Source: Acidobacteriota bacterium
GTDB lineage: Bacteria; Acidobacteriota; Thermoanaerobaculia; Gp7-AA8
NCBI GenBank assembly: GCA_019247495.1
Contig: JAFAOU010000033.1
Location: forward strand, 14,595 to 78,594
Length of the DNA: 64,000 nucleotides
Direction: 5' to 3'
Under the pieces are notes generated by a model. It was not told the origin of the DNA, made no database searches, and saw only the letters and a list, made by a program, of their open reading frames with translations. The translations under genes were made by a program, and so were the position numbers. Every line of letters starts with the position of its first letter. Within the stretch, counting starts at the first letter, position 1. This document shows positions 10,226 to 17,784 of the stretch, piece after piece.

Positions 10226-11221
10226 ATGAAACGACTCTGCGCCATTGCCCTGCTGCTGATCGCCACGAGGACTGCGCGATCGGCAACCGTCATCCCCGTC
10301 CGAATCTACGAGCGACTCTTTCTCGTTCCCGTTCGAATCGGCGGGAAGAGTTTGACCTTCGTACTGCAGACCGCCGCGGCACACTCGTACATCGACAAAC
10401 GGCTGCGCGAGCCGTCACCCGTCGTGCTCACGATCGGCAACCAGTCGATCTCAATTCCGCACCTCACGCCGATCGACCTCTCCAATTTTGAACGCAGTGA
10501 GGGTCGTCGCGTCGATGGCATCCTCGGAGGCGAGCTGTTCGCGAGGTACGTCGTCGAGATGGACAGCGACGCCGCCATCATCCGCCTTCACGATCCCGCG
10601 GCGTTCCGCTACACCGGCAGCGGCGAGACGATTCCGATCACCATGCAGTCAGGCAAGCCGTTCGTGAGCGCGGTGTTGAAGGTTAAGGGGCGCGCCGAGG
10701 AGCGGCGCGCATATTTGCTCAACACCGGCTCGGCCGATGCGATCGCAGACGATCTCTTCAAGCAAGCCGGTGGGGATCTCGTCGGTCCTGATCTGACGCG
10801 TGCCGAGCAGCTCACCATCGGCCCATTCCGATTCGACGGCGTGAATGGAACGAGCGGCGGTCCAAATCTGGGCGGAGAGCTGCTTCATCGATTTCACGTC
10901 ATCGCCGATTTTCATCACGGCCGGCTGATCCTCGAGCCAAATCGTTTTTACGGCGACGCATTCCTCTTCGACACGAGCGGCCTCGACATGCAAATGCATC
11001 CGCGTGGCTTCGAGATCCTGCACGTGTTCGCGAAGACGCCGGCCGAGGAGTCGCGGCTGAGAATCGGCGACATCATCACGCATATCGATCACACCCCCGT
11101 CCGCTCCCTCGGACTGGAGCGTGTGCGGCTCATGCTTCACCAGATTCGCGACTACGACTTGCGACTTGAGCGGGGAGGAAAACCGATGAACGTCACCCTG
11201 CACCTCCGGAGGCTGCTGTGA
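10226..11221 (+). CDS. Retropepsin-like (PF13650-type) two-lobed protein with C-terminal PDZ, both catalytic Asp positions substituted (probable pseudo-protease)
   Basis: Track ORF 10043.. trimmed to ATG 10226 (signal peptide MKRLCAIALLLIATRTARS). Aligns with the downstream paralog, but DSG motifs read QTA (FVLQTAAAHSYID) and NTG (LLNTGSADAI). PDZ-like GDIITHIDHTPVRSLG. Confidence 0.65.
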   Translation: MKRLCAIALLLIATRTARSATVIPVRIYERLFLVPVRIGGKSLTFVLQTAAAHSYIDKRLREPSPVVLTIGNQSISIPHLTPIDLSNFERSEGRRVDGILGGELFARYVVEMDSDAAIIRLHDPAAFRYTGSGETIPITMQSGKPFVSAVLKVKGRAEERRAYLLNTGSADAIADDLFKQAGGDLVGPDLTRAEQLTIGPFRFDGVNGTSGGPNLGGELLHRFHVIADFHHGRLILEPNRFYGDAFLFDTSGLDMQMHPRGFEILHVFAKTPAEESRLRIGDIITHIDHTPVRSLGLERVRLMLHQIRDYDLRLERGGKPMNVTLHLRRLL

Positions 11222-12066
11222 TTACCGCGCTGCTGCTGGCCGTCATCTCCCGTTTTCCTGCCGGCGTGCACCGGGCCGAGATCCCCGCAGAATATGCATC
11301 TTCCGCCCCATTCATCCGCGTCACCGTGCAGGGAAGTTCGCGTCCGCTCTGGTTCACGATCGATAGTGGTTCGCCTTATACGTTCATCGATCAACGCGTT
11401 GCCAAAGAGCTCGGTCTGCGCGTGCAAGGAGCGACGACGATCACAGGCGCGGGCACGGGTTCTGTGACGGTGCAGGTCGTCGACGGCGTCACCTTCGAAA
11501 CGCGCGGTTTCACGACCTCGGGTCACGAAGTCCGCGTCACCGATCTGAGCGGGCTTCCTCCCCTCTTCGACCATCCCATCGACGGCTTCTTCGGTTACGA
11601 CCTGCTCGCGTCAACTGTTGTGACGATGAATCCGCGCGCACAGAAGATCACGTTCGTCGATCCGGCCCATTTTCACTACCGGGGAAGCGGCGTCTCGCTT
11701 CCGATCCGATTCGGAGGCAAGTCCGGCAAATGGATCTTCATCTCCGGCACGATCAAAGTGGCCGGCAATCGTGAAGCCGCCACGGAGTTCATGGTCGATT
11801 CCGGCTCGACCGACGCCGTCAATCACCCGCTCCTTCGCAAATCGACCGCACCACTCCGCCGGATCAACACCGGCAACGGCCTCGGCTCACCACTTCCCGG
11901 AGTGGCCGGCGACATCGAATGGATCCGTCTCGGCTCGTACACGCTGCGCGATCTGCCGGCCAGTTGTTGCGGCGCCGCCATCGACCGCCTCATCGGGCAA
12001 GGCGTAATGTCGCAATTCATCACGACCTTCGACTACGCGCACAAGCGGCTGATCATCGAGCGGTGA
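11218..12066 (+). CDS. Retropepsin-like aspartic protease, two lobes with intact DSG motifs
   Basis: GTG start overlaps the upstream stop (GTGA). WFTIDSGSPYTFID and FMVDSGSTDAVNH are two catalytic D-S-G motifs. Confidence 0.7.
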   Translation: MITALLLAVISRFPAGVHRAEIPAEYASSAPFIRVTVQGSSRPLWFTIDSGSPYTFIDQRVAKELGLRVQGATTITGAGTGSVTVQVVDGVTFETRGFTTSGHEVRVTDLSGLPPLFDHPIDGFFGYDLLASTVVTMNPRAQKITFVDPAHFHYRGSGVSLPIRFGGKSGKWIFISGTIKVAGNREAATEFMVDSGSTDAVNHPLLRKSTAPLRRINTGNGLGSPLPGVAGDIEWIRLGSYTLRDLPASCCGAAIDRLIGQGVMSQFITTFDYAHKRLIIER

Positions 12067-12159
12067 CGCCCGGACAGCGACTTTGTTGGCCGTAGCTTCG
12101 GCATTGCCTCATCGGCTTCTTTCGGGCAGTATTGGAGTCTCCACTCCGAGGGGCCAAAA

Positions 12160-15100
12160 ATGAAGAAACGTTCGTGCGCAACGCTGTTCGCGTGTGTCTT
12201 TTCACTTCTCACTTCTGCGGTGTTCGGGCAGACCACGGCGTCGCTCGCTGGCATCGTGAAGGCCTTCAACGATCCATTGCCGGGGGCGACGGTCACGATC
12301 ACTTCGCCGGAGTTGCAGGGGTCGCGGACGACCGTGACGGGTGAGACTGGCGCGTACAGTTTCTCGGCGTTGCCGCCTGGCCAGTACGCCATCTCGATCG
12401 CGTTTTCGGGGATGGAGACGCGCGTCGTTCGATCGACGCTGCGGCTCTCACAAGTCACGCGCGTGGACGCAGTGATGGGTACCGTCGGCGAGACGATCAC
12501 CGTCGGCGCGAGAACGCCCTCCGTCATCGAGACGCCGGAAGTTTCGACGAACATGACCCTTCCGTTCATCGAGCGGCTGCCCATTCAGCGCAACCAGCTC
12601 GCCACCGCGCAGTTCGCGCCGGGCGTCAACAGCAACACGCTTTCGAATGGACAGCTCTACATTTCCGGCGGACCGGGATACGACAACCTCGTGATGGTCA
12701 ACGGCGTCGTGGTCACCGAGAACACGCGCGGGCAGATGCGGCCGATGTACGTCGAGGATGCCATTCAGGAGACCACAGTGCTGACCGGCTCGATCTCCGC
12801 CGAGTACGGCCGGTTCAGCGGCGGCGTCGTCAACACGATTACGAAGTCCGGCGGCAACGAGCTGCGCGGTTCGTTGCGCGACTCGCTCAGCAATCCATCC
12901 TGGTCGGCGCAATCGCCGGCGTTGGAAACGCGCGAGAACAATCTCAATCATGTGGCCGAGGGAACGCTCGGTGGATTCGTGATGCGCGACCGGCTCTGGT
13001 TTTTCGGCGCTGGACGTTGGGCGAAGAACGACACGGCGCGGCAGACGCTTTCGATTCCGGCGTTCACCACGAATCCGATCACGCCCGCCTCGCCGGCGAT
13101 CAGCTACGCAGAGGGGAACGATCAGAAGCGGTATGAAGCGAAGCTGACCAGCCAGCTCGGCGCGCGGCAGACGCTGGCGGCGTCGTGGTTCCGCATCAAC
13201 ACGAAAGGGACGAACGCGCGCTTCTCGAACAACTTTTATGACGAAGCCAGCCTCACCGAGCGGGTCGATCCGGAGTCGCTGCTGGCGGTTCACTACAACG
13301 CCAATCTGGCGACGAATCTGCTGGCCGAGGGGCATTACTCGGCGCGCAAATTCTCCGATCGCACCGGCGCGATGACGACCGACCTCATCGCCGGTACCGT
13401 GCTCCTCGACCGCGCCAACAACAACACGCGCTTCCACGCGCCGTCGTTGTGCGACATCTGCGACGCCGAACAGCGCAACAACAACGACGTCCTGCTGGAG
13501 GTTCACGACTTCTTCGATGCGAAATCGTTCGGCAGCCACGATCTCGTCGCCGGCGTCGATCGTTTTGCCGAGCGGCGCTACGCGAACAACCATCAGTCGG
13601 GCAGCGACTTCTCGATTTTCGTGACGCGCGTCCAGTACAAGGACGGCGTTATCTATCCAGTCATCACGCCGTCGAACGCTGCGGGCGGTGGAACGTTCAT
13701 CCGATGGAATCCGATCCTCGTGCCGGCCTCGGCGAATGATCTGCGCACCGACTCCGCGTTCGTGAACGACACCTGGAACGCGACCTCGCGCCTCACATTC
13801 ACGCTCGGCGCGCGCCTCGACCGCAATCATGCCGAGGATGCGGATGGCACAGTGAGCTCGAACGATCACCGGCTTTCGCCGCGCCTCTCGGCGCAGTTCG
13901 ACGTTCGCGGCGACGGGCGGCATCGCCTCAGCGCCTCGTTCGCGGACTACGCGTCGCGTATCGCCGACAGCATCGCTTCGTCGAATCAGTCGGCCGGCAA
14001 CGCCGCCGCAATCGATTTCGCGTACCGCGGTCCGGCCATCAACAACGGCATGCTGACCGTGCCGATGGATGAAGCGATCCGCCGCATCTTCGATTACTTC
14101 AACACGCAGCAGGGCGGCACGGGAAACGTGACGGCGATCAACTTGCGCGCGAACGGCTCGCGCACGATCCCCGGCTACGCGACCTATTTCGACGGCTCGC
14201 TCGCCTCGCCCTCGGTCCGCGAGATCACGGCGGGCTACGGCGCCGCGATCGGCAAGAGCGGATTCGCGCGCGTCGATTACATCCATCGCGACTGGCGCGA
14301 TTTCTACGCCGCCAATGTCACCACGGCGACGAAGAAAGCGAACACTCCGCTCGGCATCCCGGTCGATCTGACGCTGGTGCGCAACAGCGACAATCTGCAA
14401 CGGCAGTATCGCGGCGTGCAGATGCAGGCGCGCTGGTCGCCGGGGCCGTTCGAGCTCGGAACGCACTACACGTGGTCGAAGCTGCGCGGCAACGACGAGG
14501 GCGAAAGCGCCACAAGCGGCGCCGCCACCAACGTCGACCGCACGCTTTTCTATCCCGAGTATTTCAACTACAGCCGCGTGTCGCCGATCGGCTACCTCGC
14601 CGGCGATCAGCGGCACCGCCTGCGCGCGTGGGCGGGCTACCGCCTCGCCGTCGGCAAAGGCGCGCTCGAAGCGACGCTGCTGCAGAGTTACGACTCCGGC
14701 CTGCCGTACTCGATCGCCGGCGCGATCAACCTGACGCGCTACGCCGGCGCCCCGGCGAACCTCGGCTACGCGACGGTTCCCAACGGTCTCTACTACTTCA
14801 GCGGACGCGGCGAGCTGCGCACGGAAAGCATCCGCTCGACCGATCTGGCCTTGCGTTACAGCATGCGCATCGCGTCGCTGGAATTCTTCGCGCAAGGCGA
14901 TCTTCTCAACGCGTTCAACAACGCATCGCTCTTCGATCCGAAACTCCTCGGCACCACCGTCAGCACCGCGGCGACGTCAACGACGTTTGCTCCATTCAAT
15001 CCGGCGACACAGACACCGATCGAATGTCCCCGCGGCGCCGCGGCCGCGACCTGCACGGCCATGGGCGCGAATTACCAACTGGCGACGAACTTCGGACAAG

Positions 15101-15165
15101 CGCTGAACAACCTCGCGTATCAAACGCCGCGAACGGTGAGGATGTCGGTCGGAGTGCGTTTCTGA
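12160..15165 (+). CDS. TonB-dependent receptor-like outer-membrane protein with N-terminal carboxypeptidase-regulatory-like domain
   Basis: 1001 aa; signal peptide; GIVKAFNDPLPGATVTITS...TGETGAYSFSALPPGQY (CarboxypepD_reg); plug-like region; beta-barrel ending ...RMSVGVRF. Confidence 0.85.
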   Translation: MKKRSCATLFACVFSLLTSAVFGQTTASLAGIVKAFNDPLPGATVTITSPELQGSRTTVTGETGAYSFSALPPGQYAISIAFSGMETRVVRSTLRLSQVTRVDAVMGTVGETITVGARTPSVIETPEVSTNMTLPFIERLPIQRNQLATAQFAPGVNSNTLSNGQLYISGGPGYDNLVMVNGVVVTENTRGQMRPMYVEDAIQETTVLTGSISAEYGRFSGGVVNTITKSGGNELRGSLRDSLSNPSWSAQSPALETRENNLNHVAEGTLGGFVMRDRLWFFGAGRWAKNDTARQTLSIPAFTTNPITPASPAISYAEGNDQKRYEAKLTSQLGARQTLAASWFRINTKGTNARFSNNFYDEASLTERVDPESLLAVHYNANLATNLLAEGHYSARKFSDRTGAMTTDLIAGTVLLDRANNNTRFHAPSLCDICDAEQRNNNDVLLEVHDFFDAKSFGSHDLVAGVDRFAERRYANNHQSGSDFSIFVTRVQYKDGVIYPVITPSNAAGGGTFIRWNPILVPASANDLRTDSAFVNDTWNATSRLTFTLGARLDRNHAEDADGTVSSNDHRLSPRLSAQFDVRGDGRHRLSASFADYASRIADSIASSNQSAGNAAAIDFAYRGPAINNGMLTVPMDEAIRRIFDYFNTQQGGTGNVTAINLRANGSRTIPGYATYFDGSLASPSVREITAGYGAAIGKSGFARVDYIHRDWRDFYAANVTTATKKANTPLGIPVDLTLVRNSDNLQRQYRGVQMQARWSPGPFELGTHYTWSKLRGNDEGESATSGAATNVDRTLFYPEYFNYSRVSPIGYLAGDQRHRLRAWAGYRLAVGKGALEATLLQSYDSGLPYSIAGAINLTRYAGAPANLGYATVPNGLYYFSGRGELRTESIRSTDLALRYSMRIASLEFFAQGDLLNAFNNASLFDPKLLGTTVSTAATSTTFAPFNPATQTPIECPRGAAAATCTAMGANYQLATNFGQALNNLAYQTPRTVRMSVGVRF

Positions 15166-15214
15166 GCGCTCAAAGACGGAGCGCGGCCAAGTTCGCAGAG
15201 CCTCCGTCGGCGAA

Positions 15215-15399
15215 GCCGGCGTAAGAGCCGTAGCCCACGGCGTTCAGCCGTGGATTAGCGAGTTCGGTCATTTGTGAGCCCGCCTTGGCGGGCGACAGAA
15301 AGCTTTCTTTCGCGCGCTGAAGCGCGCTCCAAATGCACGCGAATCGATTTCCCCCGGCTGAAAGCCGGGGGCTACGGCTCTTAGGCCGGCTACGCCGGC
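15215..15399. repeat. Composite palindromic MITE-like element built from GC-rich mini-hairpins
   Basis: Outer inverted repeat gccggcgtaagagccgtagccc / gggctacggctctta..cgccggc enclosing the hairpins ccacgg-cgttcag-ccgtgg, cccgcc-ttg-gcgggc, gcgcgc-tgaa-gcgcgc and cccccggc-tgaaa-gccggggg. Confidence 0.7.
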
Positions 15400-15452
15400 A
15401 GATCTGCGCGCGGGTTGGCCAGGATGCTGGCGCTCCGGCGCATAATCGTGCC

Positions 15453-16763
15453 GTGACGTCCCAGGTCGTCTTTCTCTCGCTTTTTCTCGGGCTGACGGCT
15501 GGTCCGCATATGGTCGAACTGCAGGTCGGACCCGGCGTTCACACCGTCCGGATGCTGCTCGACAATCGTGGTGTCGCCGTGCTGAACCAGCCGCCGTGGC
15601 GTGCGACGGTCGAATTCGGCTCGTCGATCGTGCCGAGTGAGTTGGTGGCGATCGCGTATGACGCGAAGGACAACGAAATCGCGCGCGTGACACAGCTGAT
15701 CAACGTTCCGCGCCCCGTTGCCGAGTTCAACATCACGCTGCAGAACGATGCAGCAGGTGTCCCGGCGACGGCGCAGTTCCAATGGGAGCATCTCATCGGT
15801 GCGAAAGCAGCGTCCGCGACGCTGACCGTCGACGGCAAGCCGGTGGCGATGGACAAGTCAGGCGCCATTGCGCGCCTGCCCCGACTGGACATGAAGCGCC
15901 CGCACCTGATCACCGGGGAGATGAAATTCGAAGATGGCTTCGTCACGCGGCGCGAGCTGGTCGTCGGCGGCGAGCTGACCGGCACCATGGAGTCGGAGAT
16001 GACGCCGATTGCCGTCCGTCAGAGCGGTTCGGCGCCGGCAAACCCCGGCGACTGTTTCACCAGCGGCGGCGCCCCGATTCGCGTTGGTGCGATCGAGAAT
16101 TCGCCGGCGCTGGTTGTCTTCGTGATCGATCCCGATCCCGAAGACCCGTTGCGCAAACTCAATCCGCAACGCGGGCCGGGCCTGCTGCAGAAGATGGAAG
16201 TGCGGCACCTCTTTCCGCTCGACCGCGGCACGACGATGCGAGTGCTCTTCCCGATCGCCGAACGCCACAGCACCACCAACAACGCCACGGCCGAGCTTTT
16301 CCCACCATCAAACGATGTCCCATCGGACGAAGGAGGACTGATCTGGTTCCTCACGCGGGCGCTCGAGACGCCCTTCGATCAAACGATTCCGAGGCAACTT
16401 ACCGATGCCGTCGGCGTGGCCGGTCTCAACGCCATCACAGGCGCCCATCGCCGCGCGGTCGTTCTCGTGCTGAGCGGCCACGCAGACGCCAGCACGCACA
16501 GTGCGGCGTCAGTGCGGAGCTATCTCGCCGCGATTGGCGTGCCGCTCTTCGTCTGGTCCGGGAGCGGTCCGCGTCCCGACATGCGCGCCGCGTGGGGTGA
16601 GATCGACGACATCTCCTCACGCGAAAATTTGAAGATCGCAGCCGACCGTCTGCGCGCGGAACTGGCCTCGCAGCGCGTGGCCTGGGTTGCTACCGATCCG
16701 GTGACGGCGCTTCGCCTTCGGCCGACCGGAAAATGCGCGATCACGCCGCTCGCGTCGCAGTGA
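15453..16763 (+). CDS. Uncharacterised exported/membrane-anchored protein, paralog 2 of 2
   Basis: Track ORF 15333.. trimmed to GTG 15453, because VTSQVVFLSLFLGLTAGP aligns with the MATQLVFLTLFLGLISGP start of paralog 1. The 15333-15452 extension lies in the palindromic element. Confidence 0.65.
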   Translation: MTSQVVFLSLFLGLTAGPHMVELQVGPGVHTVRMLLDNRGVAVLNQPPWRATVEFGSSIVPSELVAIAYDAKDNEIARVTQLINVPRPVAEFNITLQNDAAGVPATAQFQWEHLIGAKAASATLTVDGKPVAMDKSGAIARLPRLDMKRPHLITGEMKFEDGFVTRRELVVGGELTGTMESEMTPIAVRQSGSAPANPGDCFTSGGAPIRVGAIENSPALVVFVIDPDPEDPLRKLNPQRGPGLLQKMEVRHLFPLDRGTTMRVLFPIAERHSTTNNATAELFPPSNDVPSDEGGLIWFLTRALETPFDQTIPRQLTDAVGVAGLNAITGAHRRAVVLVLSGHADASTHSAASVRSYLAAIGVPLFVWSGSGPRPDMRAAWGEIDDISSRENLKIAADRLRAELASQRVAWVATDPVTALRLRPTGKCAITPLASQ

Positions 16764-17123
16764 CTACGCCGTCTTTGCCGCGCCGCTGCTCTCCGCGGCG
16801 ATCGCTTCTTCCTCGGTGCTGTAAATCTTGAACACCGCGTCGAGCTTGGCCAGCTTGAGCAGTTTCAGGATGCGCTCCGAGGGGTTGACGAGGATCAGCT
16901 TCCGGTTCTGTCCGGAGAACTTGCCGAGGTAGCCGACCAGCTCACCGATGCCCGTCGAGTCGATGTAATCGATCTTCGTGAAATCGATGATGACGTTGGT
17001 GCTCTCGTTCTTCAGCACGTTCTCCAGAGCCGCGGAAAAAAACTCCGCGCTCTCGCCGAGCTTGATGAGACCTTCCACATAAAGAATGGTGAAGTTCTCG
17101 GTGTGCTTTTTTTCGACGATCAA
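16764..17123 (-). CDS. STAS-domain anti-sigma-factor antagonist, copy 2
   Basis: Trimmed to TTG 17123 with GGAGG 5 nt upstream. (L)IVEKKHTENFTILYVEGLIKLGES...IDYIDSTGIGELVGY aligns along its whole length with copy 1. Confidence 0.75.
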   Translation of the reverse strand: MIVEKKHTENFTILYVEGLIKLGESAEFFSAALENVLKNESTNVIIDFTKIDYIDSTGIGELVGYLGKFSGQNRKLILVNPSERILKLLKLAKLDAVFKIYSTEEEAIAAESSGAAKTA

Positions 17124-17179
17124 GTTGCCTCCCCGTATTCGCCGCGAGAGTAGCAAATCTGGGACCACAGCCCCGGCTG

Positions 17180-17422
17180 CTACGTCTTCAGCAACATCTC
17201 GATGCTGTCCACCATGTCGCCGAAGGTCTTCATCGCGCGCGCCCGGTCGTCGGGGATGGAGATGTGAAACTCCTCCTCGATCGCGAAAAGGATGGTCAGC
17301 GCGTCCAGCGAGTCGATGCCGGCATCGGCCAGCGGCGTCTCCAGCGACAGCTTGTCATCCGGGACGTCTTTCTCCTTGCGAACGATGGCGATCAGCTTCT
17401 CTTCGACCTCGGCGCGCGTCAT
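17180..17422 (-). CDS. Acyl carrier protein-like (phosphopantetheine-binding) protein
   Basis: Track ORF 17180..17668 trimmed to ATG 17422. 80 aa with LADAGIDSLDALTILFAIEEEF (DSL serine attachment motif). Confidence 0.75.
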   Translation of the reverse strand: MTRAEVEEKLIAIVRKEKDVPDDKLSLETPLADAGIDSLDALTILFAIEEEFHISIPDDRARAMKTFGDMVDSIEMLLKT

Positions 17423-17431
17423 CGGCCCGCT

Positions 17432-17752
17432 ATGATAACCGCGATGCGCCGGCGCTATTGGCTGCTCTACCCCGCGTGGATTCTGGTCTGCGCGTTGCTT
17501 TTTTTTGCGATGCGAAACCGCGAGGATCCGTCGCGGCGTCCGGGACGAATTCTCAGCAACGACGCAGCCGTTCGCGCGCTGGCAATCCTGCACCGGCCCG
17601 GATACGAAGCGGTGCACATCGCCGGTGAGGGCAATCGCTGGATCGTGTTGTGCGATCGGGTGCCGCATAGCGGACTGGCAGATGCCGTGGTCGTCGAGCT
17701 GGACTCAACTGACGGACATCTGATAGCGCTTCGAAGCCCTATCCGCAGATGA
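17432..17752 (+). CDS. Hypothetical small membrane-anchored protein (weak call)
   Basis: MITAMRRRYWLLYPAWILVCALLFFAM (TM) followed by an approximately 70-aa domain. Reasonable third-position G/C, but it starts only 9 nt from the divergent ACP start and its 3' end runs into a repeat half-copy. Confidence 0.35.
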   Translation: MITAMRRRYWLLYPAWILVCALLFFAMRNREDPSRRPGRILSNDAAVRALAILHRPGYEAVHIAGEGNRWIVLCDRVPHSGLADAVVVELDSTDGHLIALRSPIRR

Positions 17753-17773
17753 CGCAGATACACGCAGATGGAT
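17741..17773. repeat. (CGCAGAT)-type repeat, solo arm
   Basis: atccgcagatgacgcagatacacgcagatggat matches the left arm of 6366..6438. No complementary arm follows. Confidence 0.6.
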
Positions 17774-17784
17774 AAGCTCTCCCC

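Noticed and set aside
12448-14895. 815-aa ORF antisense to the TonB-dependent receptor gene
   Set aside because: It is a shadow ORF typical of GC-rich DNA. The product is Arg/Ala/Gly-rich with no recognisable motif, while the sense strand encodes a complete, motif-rich receptor.
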